Below, in pieces: positions 30,814 through 41,460 of a DNA stretch of 64,000 bases. The stretch covers positions 962,292 to 1,026,291 of the forward strand of contig OZ253541.1 of the NCBI GenBank assembly GCA_965262365.1, in the 5' to 3' direction. The position numbers were made by a program, and so were the translations under genes. Positions within the stretch are counted from its first letter, which is position 1, and every line of letters begins with the position of its first letter. This DNA comes from Candidatus Rariloculaceae bacterium. Its GTDB lineage: Bacteria > Pseudomonadota > Gammaproteobacteria > Steroidobacterales > Rariloculaceae. The notes under the pieces are model-generated. The model worked only from the letters and a program-made list of their open reading frames with translations, had not been told where the DNA came from and ran no database searches.

Positions 30814-31665
30814 TTGATGGCCATGAACCATCCGAGAACACAAAGGCTGAAACCACTCCTGGATAAAGTCCCGCCGGGCTTTATGGTTGATACGCCGTGG
30901 CTGAAGGGGCAGGGCATCGACCCCAAGTCCATCCACGACTATGTGTCGCGTGGATGGCTGGAGAGGCTGATCCGAGGGGTCTACCGTCGACCTGTGCCTG
31001 AAGGCGTGCATTGGGCTTCTCAGGTCTCCTGGGAGATCACGCTGCTCTCGCTACAACGGATCATGAAGCGGGACGTGCATTTGGGCGGCGAAAGCGCACT
31101 TGATCTGGCAGGCTATACACACTACCTCAGCCTCGGTGGTACGCCGCGCGTTCATTTCCATGGCGCTGTGCCCACATGGTTGAAACGTCTGCCGACGCAG
31201 ACGAGGATAGTCGTCCACCGGCGCTCGCTGTTTGGTGATGATCCCACCGGCATCAGCGATGCCAACCGCGATGTTCAAGAAACACCTCAGGCGGTGAACG
31301 TATGGCGCTGGCCCGTAATGGCCTCGTCGCCGGAACGGGCCATCCTTGAGGCGCTCGACGAGCTTCCGAACCACGCGAGCTTCGACAACCTCGATAAGAT
31401 CTTTGAGGGGCTGACGACATTGCGGCCGAAGCACGTCATGGAATTGCTCGCGCTATGCAAGAGCGTCAAGGTGCGTCGGCTGTTTTTCGTCTTCGCGGAT
31501 AGGCACCAGCATCCATGGCGCAAGTATCTGGATACGTCAGAAATCGACTTCGGCTCAGGGCCGCGCGCGCTCGTGGAGCGGGGCAGATTCCATCCGATGT
31601 ACCGAATCTCAGTGCCGGAAGACTTCATGCCTATGGTCGAAGAAAGGGCTGGCGTCGATGGATGA
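30814..31665 (+). CDS. abiEi: Type IV TA antitoxin AbiEi
   Basis: GWLERLIRGVYRRP, SPERAILEAL, LRPK..ELL..CKSVKVRRLF. Confidence 0.88.
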   Translation: MMAMNHPRTQRLKPLLDKVPPGFMVDTPWLKGQGIDPKSIHDYVSRGWLERLIRGVYRRPVPEGVHWASQVSWEITLLSLQRIMKRDVHLGGESALDLAGYTHYLSLGGTPRVHFHGAVPTWLKRLPTQTRIVVHRRSLFGDDPTGISDANRDVQETPQAVNVWRWPVMASSPERAILEALDELPNHASFDNLDKIFEGLTTLRPKHVMELLALCKSVKVRRLFFVFADRHQHPWRKYLDTSEIDFGSGPRALVERGRFHPMYRISVPEDFMPMVEERAGVDG

Positions 31666-32572
31666 GCAGTATGTCGATCAGGTTCGGTTGCTGTTGAGCG
31701 TTCTGCCGGATATCGCCAGGGAGGACGCTTTTGCGTTAAAGGGTGGTACGGCAATCAATTTGTTCTATAGGGATATGCCGCGGCTCTCCGTCGATATCGA
31801 CCTCACCTATCTGCCAGTGCATGACCGGGAGAGATCACTCAAAGATATCGACGAGACGCTCGATCGAATTACGGTGGCGATCACTGACCGCTACCCACGC
31901 GTTCAGGCACGTCGCATTGCCGGCGGCGGCAATAACGACACACGCATCATGGTCAGCAACGGTCGAGTACAGACAAAAATAGAGACTTCGCCGGTGACCC
32001 GCGGGGCGGTGCATCCGCCGACGATGATGACGGTGTCAGATACCGTTATCGAGCGATTAGGATTTGTTGAGATGAACGTTCTGGCGTTTGAAGATCTCTA
32101 CGGTGGAAAGCTGCACGCGGCTCTTGATCGCCAGCATCCTCGCGATCTCTTCGATGTCATGCTCTTGTATCAAAACGAGGGTCTCACCGATGAGCTTTTC
32201 CGCGTATTCATGATCTACGTTGCAAGTTCTGGCCGACCAATGCATGAGTTGCTCGCGCCGAACCCCCGCATTGAGGATGAACAATACGAGGAAGAGTTCG
32301 TGGGAATGGCACGGCAAACGGTAGCCAAAGATGCGCTAGTTGAGGTCCAGGCGCGGCTGCACGCAGACATTAGAGAGCGGCTAACGGGAGATGTTGCAAC
32401 GTTCCTGCTGTCGCTGCACGATGCTCAACCTGACTTCGATCTCATAGGATTACCAACAGCTTCGGAGCTTCCGGCTGTACGGTGGAAACTGCTCAACCTG
32501 GATAAGCTGAAAGAAAACAATCCCAGGAAACATGCCCTGCAACGCGTTGCGCTCGAAGCGCTGTTACATTGA
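31658..32572 (+). CDS. abiEii: Type IV TA nucleotidyltransferase toxin AbiEii
   Basis: FALKGGTAINLF..MPRLSVDIDL, GKLHAALDRQHPRDLFD. Confidence 0.9.
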   Translation: MDEQYVDQVRLLLSVLPDIAREDAFALKGGTAINLFYRDMPRLSVDIDLTYLPVHDRERSLKDIDETLDRITVAITDRYPRVQARRIAGGGNNDTRIMVSNGRVQTKIETSPVTRGAVHPPTMMTVSDTVIERLGFVEMNVLAFEDLYGGKLHAALDRQHPRDLFDVMLLYQNEGLTDELFRVFMIYVASSGRPMHELLAPNPRIEDEQYEEEFVGMARQTVAKDALVEVQARLHADIRERLTGDVATFLLSLHDAQPDFDLIGLPTASELPAVRWKLLNLDKLKENNPRKHALQRVALEALLH

Positions 32573-32690
32573 CGTAGATGCAAGGTAGCTATGCGAGGCG
32601 TCGAAAAGTCAACGGATACGCTATTTCATACGCTGCAATGCCGGCGGCCTTAGCGGCCGCGATAACCTTAGGAGGAATTCGCTCAGGGTC

Positions 32691-32861
32691 GTCGCCGAAA
32701 TGGCGCTGGCGCATGTCGAGAAAGACAAGACCGTGGCGGCCTACGCGCGATCCGATCTGTTCGAGCGGCGCCGAAAGCTCATGGAAGCGTGGGCGAACTT
32801 CGTGGCCGATCGAGGCGCACAGGCAAGAGGGGTTCCTGGACGAGATTCAGCGCTGGCTTGA
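32691..32861 (+). pseudogene. P4-like tyrosine integrase, C-terminal fragment
   Basis: VAEMALAHVEKDKTVAAYARSDLFERRRKLMEAWANF (catalytic H...Y box). Confidence 0.85.
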
Positions 32862-33138
32862 GGCGAGCCTTGCGGCCGACCCATCCGAAGCCGGTCGAAC
32901 GATTGGGACTCGAGCAGAATGATCAAGGGAATGCAGCCGGCCGCTACCGGGTTGACGCAAAGAGTGGTTTGGCGCTTGGAAGGAATTGGGTTCCCCCGTT
33001 TTAAGTGATTGTTATCCATCACGTTTTACGCCATAATCGTTTGATCCAAAGGGATTTATCTCCGCATCGGGGTCTTGTGCCGTTTTCGCTGTCTCCCGCA
33101 ATCGCACACACGGCGTGTGGCAAAACGTGGGGCAAACC

Positions 33139-33639
33139 ATGCCCAGACTGACGGCACTGAAGGTCAAGAGCATCCGCAAGTCGGGCCTGCACGGCGACGG
33201 CGCAACGCTGTTCCTGCGCGTGGCGCGCGGCGGCAGCAAGCAGTGGATGCAACGCCTCACCGTCCACGGCAGGCGCTACGACATTGGCTTGGGCAGCGTG
33301 CAGCTGTTGAGCCTCGCCGAGCCGCGCGAAGCAGCCTTTGAGAACCGCAAGCTGGCGCGCGCCGGCGGCGGTCCCCTGGCGTTGCGGCAAGCCCAGGCCG
33401 TGCCCACCTTCGCCGAACTCCTGGAGGCGACGATCGCGGTTCACCGCTACGGCTGGAAACAAGGCAGCAAAACCGAGTCGCACTGGCGGGCCAGCATGCG
33501 CGACTACGCGTTGCCCAGGCTTGCGCGCTTACCGGTCAATGCCATCGCCAGCGCCGACGTCATGGCCGTGCTGACCCCGATCTGGTTGTCCAAGCCGGAA
33601 ACGGCCAAGCGGGTGAGGCGGCGCATCAGCGCGGTGATG
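33139..33639 (+). pseudogene. P4-like tyrosine integrase, N-terminal fragment (arm-binding and core-binding domains)
   Basis: GLHGDGATLFLRV..GGSKQWMQR, IGLGS..LSLAEPRE..ENRK, KPETAKRVRRRISAVM, then homology is lost; arm-like repeat upstream. Confidence 0.88.
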
Positions 33640-33700
33640 ATTCTGACGAGAATCGTTCGAATTTCCCGGATCTCGGCTCGCGAAAACTTTCGTCTGCCCT

Positions 33701-33994
33701 TCACCGCGGTTTCGCATTCTTCGTCACCACGAATCCCGACACGCCCTTACCCCTTGCTCGTCGGATCGTGTATCCGTAATTTCCAAGCCGAAACGACCGG
33801 TCGTTCACAAAACCCGACAAGGCGTCCTCTATCTTCAATGCGGTCGGATCCGGCTTTGGCTTGGCGGCTGCCGATGCCTGTTGCGTCAGCCATTTGCTGA
33901 AGACTTCTTCACCGAGTTCGTTTCCAACAGATTTTCGCAGTGCATTGAGTTTACGTACCTGGCCCTTCGTAAGCTTTGTTTCGTTGATTGCCAT
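33701..33994 (-). CDS. Small basic hypothetical protein
   Basis: 97-aa open ORF, K/R rich (TKGQVRKLNALRKSVG; YTIRRARGKG). Confidence 0.65.
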   Translation of the reverse strand: MAINETKLTKGQVRKLNALRKSVGNELGEEVFSKWLTQQASAAAKPKPDPTALKIEDALSGFVNDRSFRLGNYGYTIRRARGKGVSGFVVTKNAKPR

Positions 33995-34427
33995 GTTTTC
34001 ATCATCCTTGTACCGGCTTCCCAGCCCATTTTCGGGGCAGATAATACCTGCTTGGCTACCCCACGTCAGACCGACTTACATCACGACGCTTCACCGGTCT
34101 TATTGGCGCCCGCCCGATCGGCAAAACGTGTGCCAAAGGATGGTTGTTTGCTTTGTAAACTCTTTCTTGCAGCCGCGGCTTGGCACAAAAGGCGCTCAGC
34201 GCCACCTCGTCCGACTTACACAAACGAGCCTCCAGCATTCCCGGAGCGATTCTTATGTGCACCAATCCCCCGCGATTGAGTCATGCTCGAGTCACCATTA
34301 TGCTTGCCCTCGCCCGGTACCCATCGGTCGCGGGCGCTGCAGCCCAATCCGGAACTCGCATGGAGACACGTATGCGTAGGCCCAATAGCGTCGATACGCT
34401 GACCACAAATCGTCCCGAGAAATTGCA

Positions 34428-36044
34428 ATGACATTTTCGTTTTCCATTCCCAGGATCGGCGGCTTTAGGAAGATTTCCCTCGACCCGGGGTCCTCAGCCT
34501 ACTTTTGCGGAGCGAACGGTAGCGGCAAAACCCGGCTAGCGGTCTACATGGAAGACAGTCTTGGCCTTAAGGCACACCGAATATCAGCGCACCGAGCCCA
34601 GCAGCTGAATCCGGAAGTCGCCAAAATCTCCGAGCGATCCGCATTGGCAGGATTGAAGATCGGGGTTCCTAACCCCAGCCTTTCAAACCCCAAAGGTCAC
34701 AGAAGCGGCAATAGATGGCGCCAAAAGCCGGCAAATTCGCTACTGAACGACTTCGACTTCTTGGTTCAGGCTCTTTATGCGGAACAAGCGAACACGGCGC
34801 TTAAGAGCCATACCCGTGCGCGGGCACAGGACTTCGGTCCCGTGAACCCGACCAAGTTCGAGAAATTGTGCGCGATTTGGGAACGCTTGCTGCCAAAACG
34901 AAAACTCTTGGTAAGTGGCGATGACATCAGAGTGAGCATCCCGGATATCGATGCGACCTTCACCGCTTCGGAAATGAGCGACGGGGAACGCGCCATCTTC
35001 TACCTGGTAGGCCAGGTTCTGATGGCAGACAACGACTCGGTACTCATAATCGACGAACCGGAACTTCACATCCATCGTTCAATCATGGCGCGACTCTGGG
35101 ATGAATTGGAAGCCGCACGACTGGACTGCGCATTCGTGTTCATTACGCACGACTTGGAGTTCTCAGCGTCTCGAGTGGGGCAGAAGTTTGTCATTCTCGA
35201 ATATGGCCCGGCACAGACATGGAAAATTGAACCGGCGACAGACCTAACTGGATTTGGCAAAGAACTTGAGACCCTTATTCTGGGAAGCCGTCACCGAGTA
35301 CTATTTGTCGAGGGCACGCAGTCCAGCCTCGACCAAGCAATTTACAGATGGTGTTTTCCCGGCTGGCTGGTTATCCCTCGGGGTTCATGCGAGGACGTAA
35401 TCCATTCCGTCGCCACCATGCGCAAAAACGCTGCGCTTACTCGATTGGCGTGCTCGGGAATCGTCGATGCGGATGATCGCACTCCGGAAGAAATAGAGCG
35501 GCTCCATCGTCTGGGGATTGCCGTTCTCCCCGTTGCAGAAATTGAGAATATCGTTCTTCTCCCGGCGGTCAGCCGAGCGATCGCTAAACATGAAGGATAT
35601 GCTGACGAGGAACTCGAACAGCGACTGCAAGCCTTGCAGAACGCCGTTTTCGAACATGTGAGAAACACAGCAGGGATCCAGTCCGCAGTGATTCGATATT
35701 GTAAGCGCCGCGTTCATCGGTTGTTGAGAGGCATAACCCTGACTGAATGTAGCCGTGTCGAGGACGTAACCTCCAACTATCAGGATCAGATTGCTTCAGT
35801 TGATGTCGCTAAAATCGCGGAGGAGGCACACAACCAGTTAGCGCGAGCAATCGAAGACGAAAACATCACCGACCTCTTGTCCCACTACGACAACAAGGGA
35901 CTCTTCGCGCTCGCCGCCCGCCACTTGCGGAGCAACAAGGCCGATGACTTCAGGAATTGGTTGGTCAGGGCGCTCGCAAGCGACTCCGCCTCTGACGTCG
36001 GCGCGGCGATTCGTTCCTGTCTTCCGGAAGTCCCACCGCCGTAA
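34428..36044 (+). CDS. ABC-type ATPase fused to TOPRIM-like (DUF4435) domain; PARIS/OLD-like defence protein
   Basis: Walker A GANGSGKT, signature MSDGER, Walker B IIDEPELH, H-loop ITHD, TOPRIM FVEG and GIVDAD. Confidence 0.85.
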   Translation: MTFSFSIPRIGGFRKISLDPGSSAYFCGANGSGKTRLAVYMEDSLGLKAHRISAHRAQQLNPEVAKISERSALAGLKIGVPNPSLSNPKGHRSGNRWRQKPANSLLNDFDFLVQALYAEQANTALKSHTRARAQDFGPVNPTKFEKLCAIWERLLPKRKLLVSGDDIRVSIPDIDATFTASEMSDGERAIFYLVGQVLMADNDSVLIIDEPELHIHRSIMARLWDELEAARLDCAFVFITHDLEFSASRVGQKFVILEYGPAQTWKIEPATDLTGFGKELETLILGSRHRVLFVEGTQSSLDQAIYRWCFPGWLVIPRGSCEDVIHSVATMRKNAALTRLACSGIVDADDRTPEEIERLHRLGIAVLPVAEIENIVLLPAVSRAIAKHEGYADEELEQRLQALQNAVFEHVRNTAGIQSAVIRYCKRRVHRLLRGITLTECSRVEDVTSNYQDQIASVDVAKIAEEAHNQLARAIEDENITDLLSHYDNKGLFALAARHLRSNKADDFRNWLVRALASDSASDVGAAIRSCLPEVPPP

Positions 36045-36139
36045 CCTGTCCGCCCAACATAACTGCACTCCGGAAAAACCTTGATAGTCCCCTTCTTCAC
36101 CGAGCTATCTTATGCTGTAACAACACGCTACGGTTTTAG

Positions 36140-38166
36140 CCCGACTTCCGCAACTCGACCGAGTTTTGATCGAATTTCATCGTGATTTGGGTGCCGAAGC
36201 TGACGTAACGCCCTGTTTTCATTGAATCGAGCCGCACGATCTGGGCTGTAGTGCCGACCTAACCCCTTGATTTGTTTGGTGGTTGGGGCATGCTATGGGT
36301 CCATGTTCGTACGGGCCAAGAGACGCTTCAAGGACGGCAAGGAACACCGCTACTGGAGCGTGGTGGAGAACGTTCGCAACCGCGACGGGCGGGTCGTTCA
36401 GCGTCAGGTGCTGTACCTGGGCGAGATCAACGATCGTCAGCGCGCGGCGTGGTGCCGTTCGATCGAGGTGTTGCAGGGAGATTCCGGGTCCGGATCGATG
36501 GCGCTGTTCGCCGAAGACGGCGAGGCGCCGGAGCTGGCCTGCGAGGTGGTGCGGATCCAGGTCAAGGCGCTGAGTTTACACCGACCGCGGCAGTGGGGCG
36601 CGTGCTGGCTGGCGCTGACGTTGTGGGATCGGCTGGAGCTGGATCGATTTTGGCGTACCCGGCTGCCGTCGAGCCGTCAGGGCACACGCTGGCTGGACGT
36701 GTTGAAGACGTTGGTGTGTTATCAGCTGATCGATCCGGGCAGCGAATGGCGGTTGCATCGGCATTGGTACGGTCACAGCGCGATGCGCGACTTGCTGGGC
36801 AGTCCGATGGCGGTCATCGCCAACGATACGCTGTACCGCTGTCTGGACAAGCTGGCGGCGCACAAGCGGGCGTTTTTCTCGTTTTTGCGGGCGCGTTGGG
36901 AGACGTTGTTCGACGCGCGCTTCGACGTCCTGCTGTACGACCTGACCTCCACCTATTTTGAGAGCGATCCAACGTTTTCGGACAAGCGCCGGTTCGGATA
37001 CAGCCGCGACAAGCGCTCGGACTGCGTGCAGGTGGTGATCGCCCTGATCGTGACCCCGCAGGGGTTTCCGCTGGCCTACGAGGTGATGCCGGGCAACACG
37101 TCCGACAAGACCACGTTGGCGGACTTTCTGGAAAAGATCGAGGCGCAGTACGGGCGATCGGACCGGGTCTGGATCATGGACCGTGGCATTCCCACCGAAG
37201 AGACTCTGGAGGCGATGCGCACGGGGCCGGCGCCGGTGCATTACCTGGTGGGCACGCCCAAGGGCCGATTGACGAAACTGGAGAAGGCGTTCGTGGGCAA
37301 GCCTTGGCGGCAGGTTCGCGAGTCGGTGGAGGTGAAGCTGTTGAGCGAGGACGGGGAACTGTACGTCCTGGCCCAGAGCCGGGCGCGGGTGTTGAAGGAG
37401 CGCGGCATGCGCCGGCGCCGATTGAAGAAGCTGTGGCGGCGGTTGCACGAGTTGCGCGACCAATCGCTGAAGCGCGACGAGTTGCTGCTGAAGCTGGGCG
37501 CGGCGAAGAAGGAGGCCGGCCGCGCTTGGCACTTGGTCGAGATCGGTCTGCCCAAGGCTCGCGAAGCGGTCACCGCCGAGACGTTCACGTTCTCATTGCG
37601 GCGCCAGCGGCTGCGCCAAGCCCGGCGCCGCGAGGGCCGGTATCTGCTGCGTTCCAACCTCACCGGCGAGGACCCGGCGACATTGTGGCGCTACTACATG
37701 CAGCTCTGCGAGATCGAGCAGGCGTTCAAGGAACTGAAGCACGATCTGGCCATCCGGCCGATCTTCCATCAGCGCGAGGATCGGATCGAGGCGCACATCT
37801 TCGTCGCCTTCATCGCGTACTGTCTGCACGTGACGTTGAAAAACCTGGCCCGACCGCGGGCGCCGGGGCTGACGCCCCGGGCGATCCTGGAGAAGTTCGC
37901 CACCATGCAGATGGTCGATGTGCATCTGCCGACCACCGACGGACGGTACCTGATCCTGCCCCGACATACTCAACCGCAACGGGAACACCAACTCCTGCTG
38001 GATCAACTCAAACTGCGTTTGCCGGAACAACCGACACCCAGAATCCTCGCCTGAATCGACGGCCACACCGCTTGCCAGTCGGTGCCTTGTAGTGCCGACC
38101 TACGGCTCTGGACAACAATAAATCAATGACTTGCGCCCGTTTTGGCGCTGAGTTGCGGAAGTCGGG
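36140..38166 (+). mobile_element. IS1634-family element (transposase CDS 36303-38054)
   Basis: Perfect 17-bp TIRs CCCGACTTCCGCAACTC, TTAG target duplication, LYDLTSTYFE, MDRGI, IEQAFKELK motifs; internal 15-bp direct repeat at 36247 and 38088. Confidence 0.92.
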
Positions 38167-38325
38167 TTAGCGCCAGACGATTCGCCGCGGGGATACCTCT
38201 TTACAGATTTCAACAGATCGCGCCCGAACTGGGCCACGGCAGGCGGTTTGAGCAGCAAAACGATCTCAGCATCATCGGCAGGTCAGCACCGCGTCGCTGC
38301 GCTCCGACCGGGTGGTCTCTTACCC

Positions 38326-38354
38326 CTTGTCAATTTCAAGTTGAAATTGACAAG
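38326..38354. promoter_or_regulatory. Perfect 14-bp inverted repeat CTTGTCAATTTCAA-G-TTGAAATTGACAAG
   Basis: Directly visible; function unknown. Confidence 0.5.
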
Positions 38355-38604
38355 CACCGCCCGCGGTTCCCCTCACGGCGTGGGGCGTGGCGAAATACCC
38401 CACAGCGCAAGTGCCTCAATATTCAATGCCGATTGACAGCAAGCGCAATGACGTGCTACCTGCAGCATTGCATTGAAGTCGAGGCGGTCGTGCGCCTTGC
38501 GGAGTCGGCTCGTGGATGATGACTGCTCGGCATCCATTCCGCTACCTCCCGACGCACTCCCAGAACACTGACCTGATGCTGCCCAAAATATAAGGACCGT
38601 CCAA

Positions 38605-39794
38605 ATGTGTGATCTTGAAGAAAAGATAATCCGGCTCTTATCGTCACCACACTACCAAAGGCTGTCTACATTCAGCCCTCCGTTCGACCCATTGAACGTA
38701 CTAGGTATCCCACATCGAGAACTTAGTTTTTCAAGTGTGCTCAAGTGGCTTTTGACTGAGCCAGAAAACAAAAACTTTAGGCATAAGTTTCTACTTTGGA
38801 TCAAGAAGAATCTGAAATTGGATGGTGATTTCCCTATTGACCAGAAAATTGGCGTCAAGCGCGAATACGGTGACAGCGAGGCTGGACGACTTGATGTATT
38901 CGTCCAGCTAGAGTCACCGGAAACTGTGTTGGGGATTGAAATCAAGGTTAAAGCTGATGAGGGACACCAACAGATTTTCCGATACCAACAATTTCTTGAC
39001 AGACAGTACCCAAACAGTAGAAATAAGGCCGTGGTCTACATCACACCGCTTGGTAGACCGCCTACTACAGCACGTGACTTGCCCGAAGTGCCAGTATTGA
39101 ATATGTCTTGGAAGTGGATAGCCGACAAGCTAGATCAATGTAAGGGTCATGGAGAGATGCACAACTTTCGCGTTCAGTTTGCCCAACACATTCGACGGAG
39201 TGTACTAATGCAAAAGGATGAAAGACAAATTGTTGTTGACCTTCTCAGAGAAGGAGATAACGCCAGAACGATTCGCAGGATTATTGACCATATGCCCGAC
39301 CTTGGGGAAAAAAATATCGTGATCGGTATATGCGTATTGTCGCTAAGGTGCTTGAAATGGATACGACCGATCTGGAATTGAGCGCATATCCTGATCCGGA
39401 GAAGAATAGGGGGAATGGCACCAGGGAATTGAAGGTGCGTATCAAGAAATGGAACGATGCGGGGTTACCCTTCACACTGATGCTCTACAACTACGAGAAG
39501 CTTGCAGTAAGAGTATTGATGTGGTCAGAAAATCTTGAGCGCCACAAGCACTCATTAATAAAATTTCTTGACATGAGCGAAGGATACATCGGAAATTTTC
39601 CAAGAATTTCCGGGTGGAACGTCTGGCGCTCGGTAATCGCGTCTGATGGGACACAATGGGTACCTCATGAATCAAAAATTGACTACGAATTTTTTCACAA
39701 AGAATTTTGGAATGACGTTGAAAGGAAACTGGGGCGACAAATGAGAGAGCTGTTGCCGGTAATTCAGCGACATATTGCTATGCGGCAAGAATAG
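38605..39794 (+). pseudogene. PD-(D/E)XK nuclease family protein, split by a frameshift in an A7 run
   Basis: RELSFSSVLKWLL, GRLDV, GIEIKV, QIFRY; one extra A at 39308-39314 would join ORFs 38605-39381 and 39330-39794. Confidence 0.75.
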
Positions 39795-39852
39795 AACCTC
39801 GGCTCGAGCACGGTCTTCGGACGGCAGCAAGTTGTCGGTTTAGCCACGCAAG

Positions 39853-39987
<135 letters not shown>

Positions 39988-40202
39988 CTAACCTAGCCCG
40001 TCCTGGTGGGGTGGTTTCTGTCCGTTAACGGTTAAGCGAACGGGCCCCCCTCCCGCGCATTTTGCAGCCATCTGAGGCCCCTCAAATCTGTTGGAGATTT
40101 TTCGGGTTTTGGGACTCTGTGCTCGGAACTGTTTTGACTTTCAGAGACGCTGGGGCGACCATTCGGCCCGCACGGAATCACGACTACATTTGGAGGCACA
40201 AA

Positions 40203-40820
40203 ATGGACGAATATGTGCAAATGCGGACAGGGCCTATTAGAGCACGGCAGATTGATACGCTGATTGGATTGGCTAAGGGGATAGTCGCTGATGGTATCGT
40301 TACGCAAGGGGAAGCGGAATTCCTGCGTAACTGGCTTCTCATGAATGAGGCTACCGTAACTACTAACGTAGCGTTCGAGCGAATCGCCAACAAATTAAAT
40401 CAAGTCCTAGAGGATCGGCACCTAGACAAAAAGGAAGCGGAAGAACTCTTACAGGAACTTAACCGATTCGCTGGTGAGATACCCGAGGAAGGCGAGCTAT
40501 TGAAGTCCGCAGAATTTCCTCTAGATGACCCGCCCCCCAAAGTCGTATTCGATCATCGCCGGTTTGTTCTAACTGGTAAGTTCGCATTTGGGACTCGTAA
40601 AGCCTGCCAGCAAGCAACAAAGGATCGAGGCGGGAAAGTCCAAGCCAACGTGACTCAAGTAACTGATTATCTTGTTCTAGGGCACTATGTAACGCCATCT
40701 TGGAAACACGAATCTTTCGGACTAAAGATAGCAAAGGCCATGGATTATCGAGACGCGTACGGTCTACCGTTGGCTATCATTTCCGAGGAGCATTGGGCAA
40801 TGGCAGGAAAAATAGCGTAA
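40203..40820 (+). CDS. BRCT-domain protein with helical (TerB-like) N-domain
   Basis: LIGLAKGIVADG..EAEFL..WL; FVLTGKF..TR..GG..VTQVTDYLVLG..SFGLKI.KA. Confidence 0.8.
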   Translation: MDEYVQMRTGPIRARQIDTLIGLAKGIVADGIVTQGEAEFLRNWLLMNEATVTTNVAFERIANKLNQVLEDRHLDKKEAEELLQELNRFAGEIPEEGELLKSAEFPLDDPPPKVVFDHRRFVLTGKFAFGTRKACQQATKDRGGKVQANVTQVTDYLVLGHYVTPSWKHESFGLKIAKAMDYRDAYGLPLAIISEEHWAMAGKIA

Positions 40821-40841
40821 TTGATGAATGAGAATAGTCCA

Positions 40842-41366
40842 CTAATCAAAAGGAAAAGGGAGTTCCTCTGCCGCAATAAGCCGTATCACTTCCTTATAGT
40901 CATGCACCTCTATAATTGGTATTACTATCGTCAAGTAAACTTCCCAGTGGCGTGCTGTCGATAAGTTTGAGGGAGCCAGCTCCATTTGCCTAAATTTATT
41001 CAAGGTGCGCCGAGCTCTCTCCCGGTCTAAGCTTGAACTAAACGCCCATTCACTTATTTGGCTATCCCAACGCGACACGGATACAATTTGTAGTAGATAT
41101 TTCATAAGATCTAAAATCTTTTCGTTATTGTCTCTTTCGTTTCGCCATTCCTCGCTTGCTCGCAAGCGTCGTTTACCTAACCAGCCAGTAATAACACCGT
41201 AAATTAGCCAATACGCACCACCCGCGACAAAACCCAGACCAATGATCGGAATAAACTTGGCCCAGACAGTTCCTATAGCCTGCACTAGGTCAAAGACATC
41301 AAAGGCCATAGCTAGGCCGCTAAATACGCTACCTATTGATATCGAATCCTTTAGCCCTTTTGTCAT
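40842..41366 (-). CDS. Hypothetical membrane protein
   Basis: Two N-terminal hydrophobic segments; low GC. Confidence 0.6.
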   Translation of the reverse strand: MTKGLKDSISIGSVFSGLAMAFDVFDLVQAIGTVWAKFIPIIGLGFVAGGAYWLIYGVITGWLGKRRLRASEEWRNERDNNEKILDLMKYLLQIVSVSRWDSQISEWAFSSSLDRERARRTLNKFRQMELAPSNLSTARHWEVYLTIVIPIIEVHDYKEVIRLIAAEELPFPFD

Positions 41367-41460
41367 TAGCTTGCCCGCGCCTTGTCCGGGCGCGATTCTA
41401 CCCCACAAAAAATAGCCCCGCGAACGGGGCCTGAGAGGCGCTTAGAGGCCGCGAGGGCCT

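Noticed and set aside
33640-33900. C-terminal part of the 261-aa integrase ORF
   Set aside because: Homology stops at ISAVM; the rest is antisense read-through of 33701-33994.
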